From contig CM022670.1 of the NCBI GenBank assembly GCA_012295275.1, forward strand, positions 38,626,001 to 38,690,000: a stretch of DNA of 64,000 bases, read 5' to 3'. The notes beneath the pieces are model-generated. The model did no database searches, was not told where the DNA came from, and saw only the letters and a list, made by a program, of their open reading frames with translations. Position 1 is the first letter of the stretch; each line of letters starts with the position of its first letter. The translations under genes were made by a program, and so were the position numbers. The DNA comes from Chrysomallon squamiferum. Lineage: Eukaryota; Animalia; Mollusca. Below are positions 1 through 12,455 of the stretch, piece by piece.

Positions 1-213
1 AATAAAAAAAATAATAGTAATAATAACAATAAAAATAATAATAATAAATAAAAATTTGACATATGACCAAAGAAAATGTTGACATAATGAAATCCAGAAT
101 ATTTTGGGACTCTGCAAAACCAAATTACGTCAAAAAGTATGCTCATCAAATAATCTTTTTAAAAAAGTACTTTTGGATGTACATATAAATGACATATTAA
201 AAATACTTATTTT

Positions 214-222
214 AAAGGATAC
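214..222 (-). other. U12-type (minor spliceosome) 5' splice site of the PIGB intron
   Basis: The minus strand reads TTTGA|GTATCCTTT, an exact U12 donor consensus, at the point where the in-window PIGB ORF runs out. Confidence 0.8.
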
Positions 223-566
223 TCAAAAACCATGTTGTGAGCCACCTCTATTGATTGCCAGTATTCATCAGGAACAAAGAATGTCTGAATAAAAAGACTG
301 TTCACAATGCGCATTGCAATCAGCCCAAGGAATAGAGAAGAATCAGAAGCCATTATCTTCTTTATAATTAAAGGTCCAAGAACCTCTTCATTGAACATGT
401 AACAATCATCTTCTTCATCTTTACTTTCGTCATCACTGGTTACAGTAGAACTAGGACAACTTTCCCGCATTCTGTCCATTTCATATTGGTTTGGTTTTCC
501 TTTCCGCCTCCTAATGGTGGTAGCACTTTTGTTCTTTGCCATATTTTTGTTTGCATCAATTTTCAT
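223..566 (-). CDS. PIGB: GPI mannosyltransferase 3, first coding exon (gene continues off the left edge of the window)
   Basis: The ORF translates to ...LFLGLIAMRIVNSLFIQTFFVPDEYWQSIEVAHNMVF, the TFFVPDEYWQSxEVAH signature of PIG-B/Gpi10 (glycosyltransferase family 22). The exon ends at 223 before a GTATCCTTT donor. The start could also be the downstream Met of MAKNKS. Confidence 0.9.
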
Positions 567-3500
567 CCATCATAATGAATCTATAAAATCAAACATAGTG
601 ATAAAAAAGTAAATCAACCATGCCAATGTAAATTCATATTCTGTTAAGCTGCTCGACACGGACACCGGGAGTTGTACGTCGTGTTGAATAATTAAATATC
701 ACTTGACAATACGTGCAATTTTAATTGTTAAATGTTATTTGTCAGGATATGAGTGAAGAAGACTTATATGACTTTTTCATCCGCTATGTTATATCAGAAA
801 CAAATTATTTTATTAGTAATAAAAAACAGAATCAGAATGTAAACTAAAAATAAAATTTAAAAAAAAATGCCGGTAATCACATAAACCAGTGTATTTAAAA
901 GTAATGTTTCATAAACTTAGTTATCAGGAAAAATTATTTATTTTGTAAACCGACCTGAACGTGTAGAGGCTTGCATTATTTAAAAAGATGAGTTGTAAAG
1001 AAAAGATAATGTTATCGATTTTTAAATAAAGCATCGTAGGCAACACTAGGCGGAAGTATGTACAATTCTGATTTTAATTATAAAAAACGTGTTCAAAGGG
1101 AGGTAACACCCAAAATTAAAACTTTACTACTTAGCGCTTGAGGAAGTTACATTCAACTAGTACACACATATATATACATGACCATAACTAGACTCTTTTT
1201 GAAATGAGGCAAAACAAATTAATTGACAAGCGGCGCAGGCCAACAAAATTTTGGACAAGGGGTCTGAGGGTTGACTTCAAACAGTAACCATAGACACAAA
1301 CGAATTCATTCAGTGGATGTTTCTGTTGGAACAGAGATTTATATTTTATATTTTTTAGCTTAAATCTTTGTATAAAAAAATAATAATAATAAAAAAATTA
1401 AAATTAAAATTAAAAAAATAATTAAATAAATTTAAAAATTGTCAATTTTGATATTAGCATTTTCCTCAAAGTAGTTATGGCATGATATATATGTATCTAT
1501 CTTTATGAATGTATATATGTTATAAAACTCCACAGTAGGGTCCTTCATGATACATCTGCAAATTTATGGTTTTCTGTACTGAAAAAGGTTTTTCATACAA
1601 TCAGTTCACATACAAACATATTATGGATTGAAAAAAAACCAACAACAAATTTGTGTGATAAATATTTTATTTGTTCCTTCTGTTCAAGCTATGTGCTTTT
1701 TCAAAATTTAAAAAATAATAAAACTGATAGACTACGTCTAAAAAACATTAGTAGACCTGTTCCATTTGAAACAAAAAATCAGTAGAAGTTGAGATTGTTG
1801 GCGTAATAACACATAACATATATATAAATACATAATCCCATATTATAAAAGTAAAATTATTACATTTTGATACAAGTGACTAGAATAAAAAAAACAAATA
1901 CACAAATTAACAAATCATCAGACAAATGAGTTTTATATTTTCTCTAATGCATAAATAAAAATAATTTTTAAATATATTGTCTTAAATATTTAGTCCACAA
2001 ATACCCTGTAATTTAATAAAATTTCAAATGACAAAAAACATTAACTATTTAGTGAAAACAAAAACATTATCATAACCTCATACACCAGAAAAAAGAAAGA
2101 AAACAACATCAATAAACTTAATAGGTGTATACTATATTATAAAAAAGATCTGAGCTATTAAAGAAGTAATTATAATAATAAAAAACAATCCTTTTGTTGT
2201 TTTTGGCTTTTTTTTCTTTCTTCTTTTTAGTCACTATTTTATAAGTTATATATAAAATATATTTTTCATAATTATTGAGTATTTTTATGTTTTGTGATCT
2301 TCATATATAACAATGGCAAGACAATATGAAACAAAACAAATCATTACAGTAAAAACATGTTACAAAATGTATATATTAAAAAAATAGACATAAAAGAGAA
2401 TTTTATAAATTCTAAAAAACACAATACCATATAATAACCCTTATAAAATAATGAAAGCACCAAGTTGTATCAGAAAAGTGATTTTATTTTCATAATGTGC
2501 TTTATTTGCATATATGAAAAAAAAAAAAAAAAAAAAATTTTTTTATTATTATTACTATTTTTTTCTAAATAATCTAATTTATTGTTTAGGCACATTTTGT
2601 ATTACTAACAATTAGCATTCAGCTTATCAAAATAAATGTCTTGTACATTAAAATGTGATATTAATAATAATTTTTAAAAAATAAAAAGGCTTCAAAATGA
2701 GGTAGTTTTAGTAATGCAGAATACACTGAACTAGAAAAAAATGGTAAATGTTTTTGTTTTTTTCTGACTATTTTGTCACTAACAATATACAAAATGTTTA
2801 TTCTTAAACATTTCTTTACCATGATTTTTAAATCATAAAAAAACAAAAAACAAAAATCTTCAAAATTTAATTAATAATTATGTGGAATTACACTGTAATA
2901 AGATATTTAGTTGTGTTTCCCACAATAAAAACATTATTAGACCAGTAAAGATTTTTTGATGAAATAAAACAAATGCAAAATAATCTCACCTCTATGTGAT
3001 GTATGTTGGTTTTAGAATAATTTGTTCTCTTTATATGTTAATTACTGTGATTTCTCACTTCAGTTACCAAGTACCATTACCATAAATATCCTGACCATCC
3101 AGTGATATAGTAGTATTAAGACAAAATTTATAACAAAATCAAGAAACTAAAATATGGGCAGTGCAATCTTAAACAAATGCTACAATTTAAAAAACAACCC
3201 ATGAATATTATGGAATAAATAAATTTCACATAATACCATTAGATGCATGTTTTAAATCCAAGATTGTTCAATTAATAAATTATCTGTATTAAAGTGTTTT
3301 AATGCAGATAATTATTTTTAAAGTTAGTAAAAAATATAATTTACCTAGATATTTGTTCTATTTAAAAAGGTGATGTATTTTGTTAAGCTATTCTTAAAAT
3401 ATCAGTTCAAGGAAATTTTTGTGGTCTAAGTCAAGAATTTAATTACTGACATTCAAAGCATAAGAAGTTTCACTATTCAGGCAATAAAAATAGCAATGTT

Positions 3501-3614
3501 GTGTTAGATATGTAGGTCAAAAATTCTAGTTCGATCTAAAACTTAAGAAAAATTGTCCACTATTGTCAAAAGAAATACTGTTATTAATACAAACTGTTGA
3601 AAACTAGGCTTTAT

Positions 3615-5164
3615 TCAGATCCTAGCAGCTGCAATATAAGCTGTGCCCAGCTTCTTTCTGTGATAACCAAAGGAGTGACACGTTAATTCTACTTCATACT
3701 CTCCTATCTGCACATCTGTGTTGCCATCATCCTTTCCCAGCAACAAGCAAGTTGTGTATGCTGCAATTTCAAACTCGGGACTTGTGCCGATAAAGATGCT
3801 GCACAAAGGTTTACCCTTGACACCTTTCCAATCAAACTGGACAGCTATCAAACGAGGAACATCATCATCCTTCACCTGTAATTAGAAAAGTACAATTACT
3901 CAGTCCAACAGACATACAATTTAAACTGACAATTATATATATATATATATAAAATTTTCAAAAGAAATAAATCAAATTAAAAATTATGCTAACCGTTTCC
4001 CTCCTAAAGTAGCCATGATAATTGATGTTTCCTGCCTTTTCTTCCAAATAAAACTTAATCCAGTTATGCAGACCAATAAATTCATCTCCTCTGCCTTCAC
4101 CAACAAATACATGTTCAAAACTGCAGGAGTCATTTCCTCTAGAAATATTAAAGAATTCAGATACAAGATAAAAGTTCTAATCTTTCACTAAAAAAAAATA
4201 TACAAATTTTTTTTTTTTTAAATACACACACACACACACACATAGATATATAAATTAAACACACATACGCAAACACATTAATTAAAAACAATGGTAAAAT
4301 TCAGGTTATTTCTAAATTTCTGGGTTTTGATTTAAGCTTCTTCTTTTCTTTTTTTCAAATACTATTATTATTATTATTATTATTATATTGAATTCTGTAA
4401 TATAAAATTATAATATTTACCTGCTTCCCCTTTTCCGAAACATTCTGAACCAAATGTCATGCAGAAGTTTTTTAAAATCATTCGGATTCTCAGGAGCTTC
4501 TCCTTTGGATACCAGATAACTGTGAGCTTCCTGCATGACATCAGTTGCCATGATAGCATCCAGAAATTCCCAGTTTTCCTTTTTCTCTTCAAATGTTACT
4601 TTCTCAACAGTCCCAATTTCCAATTCATAGTTATCAAGTAAGTTTTTGAAAGCTGAAGAATTAATGAAACAGCCTTTTACATTATTGCAATTTTGTAAAA
4701 AAAAAAAAATAATAATAATAAAAAAATAATTAAAAATAAAAATAAAAGTTAATAATAATATTATGTAAAAAGAATATCTTCCAATTTATAAAAAAAATAC
4801 ATTGTAACTGATGTGCATTAAAACCTTTTTTTTATCTGCATCAGGTGAAATAATGTTGTTGATTAGTTCAGAAAATGTCAATATAAAAAAAAAAAATTCT
4901 GAATTAATACACAGTTGAATTACAAAAAAACTGAATTGTGTAATAATAATAATTCCAGATAGTTTATTAGTAAAAGCCTTTGTTGTTTTATTGCATCCAG
5001 TGTCGTAATTTACCTTTGTATGTAGGTCTTGCAAATACATTTTCTTCATCAACCCAAGAAAACAGCTTGTCATAGGCATAATCATGACTAAGATTTCTGG
5101 TACTTGTTACATAGCCTAAAAAAGAATAATAATAAAAAAATTATATATACACACACACATATAC

Positions 5165-5199
<35 letters not shown>

Positions 5200-5201
5200 T
5201 A

Positions 5202-5247
<46 letters not shown>

Positions 5248-5266
5248 CATATACATATATATATAC

Positions 5267-5309
<43 letters not shown>

Positions 5310-5551
5310 CATATACACATATATACACATATATATTATCTACCTATCTGTCTGTCTGTCTGTCTATCCACCTATCATTCAATCAATCAATCAATCAATC
5401 AGTCAGTCTATCTCTATATTTGAGTGTGTGTGTGTGTGTGTGTGTGTGTTAAATACTAACTATGTGTTATTAAGACCTAACTAAACACTTTAAATCATTA
5501 AATGCAGACTATATAATTTGGTCACATGTATAGATGTATGTATTTGTGTGT

Positions 5552-5609
<58 letters not shown>

Positions 5610-5618
5610 GTAGGTAGG

Positions 5619-5660
<42 letters not shown>

Positions 5661-6356
5661 TAATGTACATATATAAATTAACTTTTTTTTTTACCTTGCA
5701 GATCTAGTTCATAATCAGTACCAGGGTAACATTTATTGGAATCAATTTCCCAAAGTTTAGTCAACTGTTCAGACAATTCAGGATCTGGGTTGAAACTGAA
5801 ATTATTTAAAACCTGTATTACCATTTGAGATTTTAGAAATACAGACTCCTCTAAGACACTTCTTTATACTGCTTCCACCCAAGTATAGCAGTGATAAACT
5901 TTTCTGTGGTTTTAATAATGTTGTTATGGTGTGTTTCTTGATTACATTATTAGATTAGTCCAAAGATGCTAACATTTAAATTTTACAAATTCTGTGAAAA
6001 GCATTATGATGATTTATCTTCATTAAAAATTAATTATATAGAAGTTGGTTCATTATGGAATCAAAATTTCCAAACTCAGGTTTAGTTCAAATGGTCTTCA
6101 AATGATAATAAAATAATTTATGATATAAAAAGAAAAGAAAAAGAAAACAACAACTCATTTATTAATATCTTCTTAGTTTTAACTTTTGTTTTTAATAATT
6201 TTATGCAATCAACGATTACTAACAAAGTAAGTACTAACTTCCTAACTGATCATTTGCAAATATTATAAATATAATAATATAAACTTTCTAACGAAAATTT
6301 ATTATTTTTCAAAATGATAATTCAGTCACATACTTATTCCCTGAATAATAAGCCAT
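3615..6356 (-). CDS. ENDOU: Uridylate-specific endoribonuclease of the EndoU/XendoU family, about 287 aa, 6 coding exons
   Basis: Exons 6356-6334, 5795-5695, 5115-5014, 4652-4421, 4138-3994 and 3875-3615 are all GT-AG with consistent phases (864 nt). Catalytic motifs [17 protein letters not shown] and [15 protein letters not shown] supply the His-His-Lys triad. No signal peptide or somatomedin-B domains are present (short XendoU type). Confidence 0.92.
5141..5661. repeat. Compound microsatellite (AT/CA/TCTG/TCAA/TG/TAGA) in an ENDOU intron
   Basis: Tandem di- and tetranucleotide tracts are directly visible and explain the low-complexity ORFs at 5088-5484. Confidence 0.95.
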
Positions 6357-6689
6357 TCGGGTCAGTTTATCGACGTGTCACTTTTCCGACAAATAGCCCT
6401 GACTGAGCTGCTCCCAGTGCACTTTAAGAGGAGTTTTTTTTACATTCAGGTTCCAACTACGCCCGACTGATTATACCGCACTAGGTCATTCCGCGTGACT
6501 GCTTCTGGTTCCAAACTCCACAAAACGTTAACTCGACCTTTTCCAGTGCTGTAAAACACAACATTGTCGGCAGACTTATTAGCTTAGTTCAGAGAAATCC
6601 AAACACCAAGCTCATTGGTTACAAATAAATACAGAAATAATTCCAGCCAATCCTACATAGTTTTATTTATTGCAAAGACTTTGACAGAG
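6357..6689. promoter_or_regulatory. Bidirectional promoter between ENDOU and SELENOI
   Basis: Only 333 bp separate the divergent ATGs. CpGs are locally retained, opposed CCAAT boxes lie at 6614-6618 (ATTGG) and 6647-6651 (CCAAT), and a YY1-like GATGGCGG covers the SELENOI start. Confidence 0.75.
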
Positions 6690-9600
6690 ATGGCGGATTT
6701 TGTGTATCTCTCTAAGGACGTTCTGACGGGTTTTGATCATTACAAGGTAATATATACATAGCAGAAAAATAGGTTCTGTAAAAAAAGCGAGTTTTTGCTT
6801 GATCTGTGTTATGACATTCAAGTCATTGTTATTTGGTGAAAAGTTTATTCTTATATAGGTTGATATATCTATTTTCGATAGATTATAAATTCGTTTTTTT
6901 TTTTTTTTTTTTTTTAAATTTATGGAGTGTTTAACTTAAGTTTGATTTAAGGCCTCCAGCTTTATTTAATTTGATATTGAATTACATTTAAATTGCAGTT
7001 TAAAAATCAGAATGTGTTCATATCATGATGAAATAGGTAGTGTATGCATTCATTATTTATTATACAAATTATAAATTATATATTATTATTTACAATAACA
7101 ATTGTATTGTAATCAGTGATGATTAACATTGAAGAGTACTTGAAATGTACCATACTGTGAAAACAATTATATATATATATATCCAGTAACTTGCCTTGAG
7201 TTAAGTTCAAAGTACAGTAGCAAACATTATCATTTATTGATAGTTTACCACCTTCAAGTAATATAAATTACTTGTGTCATACATTTGAAAAGTAATTAAA
7301 TTATTAATTAATTTCTTTATTTTGATTAATTGCATATGGATATGGTATATCCTAAAATTAAATTTCTGTGCATGTGCCTGGTTATTTGTAAAAGGAAGCT
7401 AAGGACAGAATGACTGTTTTATATTAAACAGATATTTCATTATCTAGCATTAGTAACTTTTAATGCCAAATCTGTGTTTGTATGTGTAAGAATAATGTAC
7501 TATCTACTGGATAAACAGTGTTTGAATACTGTTAAACTGATATTTATTTATATGCTTTTCTAAGCAGTATATGTTCAGGAATAATATTTAAAGTAAATAA
7601 AAATAATTTTAAAATGTTTGAATTCTGAATTATAAAAATATATAATCTATTGTCAAATGGTGTGGCAGTCTTAAAATCCATTCAGTTTATGAATTACAAC
7701 AATTAGATGCAAATCAGTTTTTAATTTTAAATTTAAATTGTTTTTTTTTTTTTTTTTATCTGTATTTATTACTGTTTTTTATGTTTTATCTTTAAATCTA
7801 TCTATTACTCACAGCATTTACCTGTAAGATACCTACTTCTATTTTTAGTAAAAGATAGATAGTTTATTTATTTATTTATTTATTTATTTATTTTCAAATT
7901 TATTATTTTTATTTTGTGTCTGTATATTAATGCTGGTTTGTGAATATATATAGTGGTATTTTAAGTTGTCTTAATCTTATCAGATCTAATCATTTTGATC
8001 AGTATAACTATTCATAACATCACTGATTACTAATCATTGAATTACTTTTTATAATTTCTTTTGTTATTACAGTACAGTGCTGTTGATACTAGTCCAGTGA
8101 GCAGGTATATTTGCCACCCATTCTGGAATCAAATTGTAAAGGTAATCAACTGACTTAATAATTTATTAATACATTTAGTAGAGATTAATTTTAGTTTATA
8201 TTTACAGATTTAAACTATTCTAAAAATTCATAAATTAAATAATTTTATGGCTGAATAATTATTATCTATATTTATTTTCACAAAATGAACCTAAAAAAAA
8301 TGACCAGGTGTTAAATGAATATTGAAAAAAGCTTTTTATTAAAAAGATGAAATACCAGATGAATGTTTTTTCATTATAATTTTTTTCAAAATTAAATTTA
8401 ATTTGCTTATATAATCAATTAAAGTGAAATGTTAAAATAATTTAGTTTTATATATATATTATATGGGTTTTATAATATTTAAACCCGACCGTCTCAGTTT
8501 TTAAAAACTTGGTATACTTGTTGACTGGGATCCCACAGCACCAAATCTGAAATCATTTTTGTTGAGTTTGGAAAATATTGGAGTACCTTGACCTTTTGAC
8601 CTTTGCTATGACTTTGAAATTGACCATGTGGATCATGTGATTTTGAGATGACCTTTATTGAAATTGCAATTTTATTTTTAACATCATAATTACTTTGTAT
8701 GCAATATATACATTTTTTAAGATTAACATTTTTTAATTTTATTTGACATATTTATAAATTATTATAATATCTTAAAAATGAACTATAATAAATTTTTAAT
8801 AATATTACACATTTTTGTGTTGCAGTGAAATATGAAACTGTTTAAATTATTTTTCTTTACAGCTCTGCCCATTATGGATAGCACCCAATGTATTGACACT
8901 GACTGGATTTTTATTGCTACTTGTAAATTTTATAATGCTAACATATTATGATGTACATTTCTACGCTTCAAGTCATGATTTTCCTGAATATTTACCTGTT
9001 CCAAACTGGATTTGGCTTCTAGGTGCATTGAACAACTTCCTTTCCCATAACTTAGGTAGGTTATTATAATTATAATTGTAAGATGTGACGTTTTATTAGA
9101 TTTTTGTTTCTTTTTCCCAGTCTATAATCTAACACATTAATTTACATGTTGTGCCCTCAGATTTTCTGTACCTCATGACAGACACCATGCTGTAATATAG
9201 TGTATGTTTTATGATATCCTTAGACCACAAATATTGTATTTCTTTATTCTTTTTCTGAATGTAGTTTAGTTTAGCTTTCTATTTATTATTTTTCACAGTA
9301 TTTTGTATTATTTTTAGGTCTGTAAAAATGTAACTAGTATTAATAGAGATATTTTTAAGAATCTGTTTTTTTCTGAACCTATCTACAAAACCAGAATGTT
9401 TTATTTTTCACTGTAGATGGAATTGATGGGAAGCAGGCAAGGAGAACCAACTCCAGCTCTCCCCTTGGTGAACTCTTTGACCATGGGCTGGACAGCTGGG
9501 CAACATTCTTTCTGCCTGTTGCTGTGTACAGTATTTTTGGGCGTGGTGAATTTGGCGTTGGAGTTTTCAGAGCTTATCTGGTTGTTGTTGGCATCATGAT

Positions 9601-12455
9601 TTGCTTCATCATTTCACATTGGGAAAAATATAATACAGGAATTCTTTTCTTGCCATGGGGATATGATATTGGTCAGATAGTAAGAATATTTATTGTTTTC
9701 TTTATAACTGTAGCAATTCAAATTAATTTTTATTTTAAACATATCTAGTGGATATTTAAATTTTGTTGACATCCAGAAATACTTGGAAGATTTTTATTTA
9801 TGAACAATATACTGCATATGTTTGGAAATAATATATTCAACATGACTTCATTTAAACTCCAAATACCTTTGTTTCTCAGTTGCATCCAAATAATGTTTTC
9901 TTAAGATTAAGTTCATGTTAATTAAGTTATAATGTTTATATTAAATAATGCTAAGCTTCTTGGGTTTAAAATTAATGAAAGGCTTTAAAATAGTTTTATT
10001 TCTGTTTGCAGGGAATGACTGCAATATATTTTATTACCTTTTTGGGTGGTTACGAAATGTGGAAATTCACTTTACCATATGTAAATATAACTGCAGCTGG
10101 ATTGTTTGAAATATTCTGTCACAGTAAGTTTTGTTCTTTTTTCACAGTTGATATAACATGTAATATTAATATCCTGCTGGCATAATATTTTATATATTTA
10201 CTGCTAAAATAAGTTATTGTTAATTGTAGGTAATTTTCTTTCTTTTAAAGTATTATTATTATTTTAATTTTTTAAACTTATTGTTGAAAATTTTGTTTAT
10301 ATTAAATACATACACTAAACATTTCTTATTATTTCTTTCCTTTCTTTTTTTTTCCAGTTGGATTTTTTGGATTAACATTTCCTTTCACCTTTTATAATGT
10401 GTATAGGTAAGACTTAATGTATGTGTGTGTTTGTATTTTTGTGTGGGTGTAGGTGTGTGTGTGTGTGTGGGTGGGTGTATGTCTGTGTATGTATGTACAT
10501 ATATATTAAATTATTAGCAGAAGTTTTATTAAAAAAAACTATTTACTGGAGATATATTATTTAGTTTCACTTTGGTGTGTACACCTCTCATAATAAACCA
10601 TTTATCACCTCATGTTAATCATGTTAAAATAAAATCAGTTTTATTTGCTGACAGTGAACTAGCATAAAATGTCTATGTGGTTTTATTTTTTGTATTGATT
10701 TAATATTAAAATGGTATTAAAATGATATGTATATAAATGACATAAACTTCTAAATTATTATCTCTCTCTAAAGGGCTTTTTGTAATAAAATAAGTTTGTC
10801 AAGATGCATAGTTGCTGAGGTTTTCCTTTTCACAGAAGTATCATTTTACACAGTGAAGGTTTTTTTTTTTTTTTTTTTATAAAGAAGAAAATAGACTGAA
10901 TAAATCAGTGTAATATTATCTCCTCAGTCTAGCAGTGCTATTATTTCACATTATAAGATAATATCAAATAAAAAGGAAAGCAAGCAAACTTCTGTGTTAC
11001 TATTTTATTGTTGTGCACTTTTTTACAAAAATCTTGTTGCTAAAGCAATCACTTGGAGAAATACACTATACTAAAAAGTTTTTTTTTTTTTTTTCTTTCC
11101 CAACAGATCTTACAGAGATAAAACAGGCAAGATGAGGCCATTTTCAGAAGCTATGAGGCCTCTTGTTTCCACCATTCTTCTGTTTACTCTTCTTTTCATA
11201 TGGATCTCCAGATCTTCATATGATATTTTAGAGAAACAGCCACGATTACTGTTTTGGACGACAGGCACTGCCTTTTCAAATATAGCTGTGAGTTTGTTTT
11301 GTCATCATATTCTAAGACATTCTAAGCCATAAATATAATTTTTATTTTTAGCACCATGTTCAATGAATGCTGCAAATAGAGTGTGAAGCAATTTACATCT
11401 ACCTATTGTATAGGAGGTTTTGAATTAAAAAGTATTCAAAAAGAAGTTATTTTGACAACTGAAGAATATATTAAATAAGTTTAACCTTATTTTTCTAACA
11501 GCACTTTATATATATATATAAACAAATACTAAGTGTTTTTTTAACAAGCTGCTTCTAATATATTCACAGTCACCTGATTGTTCACCTATATATATATACA
11601 TAGATAATTCATTGTTACATAGGTTAATTTTAAATAAATATAAATATGGATGTACTTATGATTGTGTTTAGTTATAGCTGAATGTTAGTGTTTTGTTTGT
11701 GTATGAGCAATTTAATAAACGTTATAAATCAACCATTTTCATTTTTATTTTTTCGCAGTGCAAGCTGATAATTGCCCAGATGAGCAACACACGCTGTGAA
11801 CTACTCAACAGGAAGATATTTCCTCTCTTCACCATTGTGTGCATGGTGTGTTTTCTTAACCTGGGTTACATAGAATTCTATCTGCTGTGGTCTTACTGCA
11901 TATATATCACTGTTGCCCATGTCATATTTGGAGTTTGTGTGGTGAGTATTTCATCCGAGTTGAAATTTATCTTTCATTTCAAGCAAGTGCACAATTTAAA
12001 ATCTGGAAATTTAGGAATTGCTTTAATATACATATATAAAAAAAAAATCCGGAATTTTTAAATTTCTAGTTGTTGGTTATTGTTTTTATTTTGTTTGTGA
12101 GAAGGGTTTTTTTTTTTAACAATTATTCTAAAGCCATTCAAAATTTTATCTCCACCTGATACATTGATTTTTCCACCTTCAGATTTTATCTTTTTCCATT
12201 TCAAGTAATAAAATTTTAATTATTTTTTCATCAACATATTTTGTAAGTATTTCTTGATTTTTAATACATAAGAATTAGTTTTTAAAAAAACATTTTCTTT
12301 TTTCTTCAAGAATTAGACATTGGTCTAAATATAGTTTTCCATTGGTTTATTCAAACAGTTTCTGTTATTTACTTCTTTATTTTTTCCAGGTTAAAGAGAT
12401 GTGTGAACACTTTAACATCAGTGCCTTTTCAATACCAAGTCAGAAGGACAGATAA
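6690..12455 (+). CDS. SELENOI: Ethanolaminephosphotransferase 1 (SELENOI/EPT1 orthologue, non-Sec form), about 390 aa, 9 coding exons
   Basis: Exons 6690-6746, 8073-8141, 8863-9055, 9417-9679, 10012-10123, 10358-10406, 11107-11287, 11759-11941 and 12390-12455 give 1173 nt with consistent phases. The CDP-alcohol phosphotransferase motif [28 protein letters not shown] is present. The N-terminus ([16 protein letters not shown]) and [10 protein letters not shown] match EPT1. Confidence 0.93.
8480..8680. mobile_element. Degenerate TGACCTT-motif repeat fragment (Helentron/HINE- or MITE-like) in SELENOI intron 2
   Basis: A cluster ccttgaccttttgacctttg...tgacc...tgacctt resembles abundant invertebrate non-autonomous elements. 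The ends are not definable. Confidence 0.35.

Noticed and set aside
955-968. CTGAACGTGTAGAG, identical to a stretch of vertebrate U3 snoRNA
   Set aside because: No U3 boxes A, B, C or D surround it; a chance match.
5088-5484. Several ORFs of 70-126 aa
   Set aside because: They are translations of microsatellites inside an ENDOU intron.
9214-9221. ATATCCTT, U12 AT-AC donor-like
   Set aside because: It lies mid-intron, and the flanking SELENOI exons join in frame through GT-AG sites.
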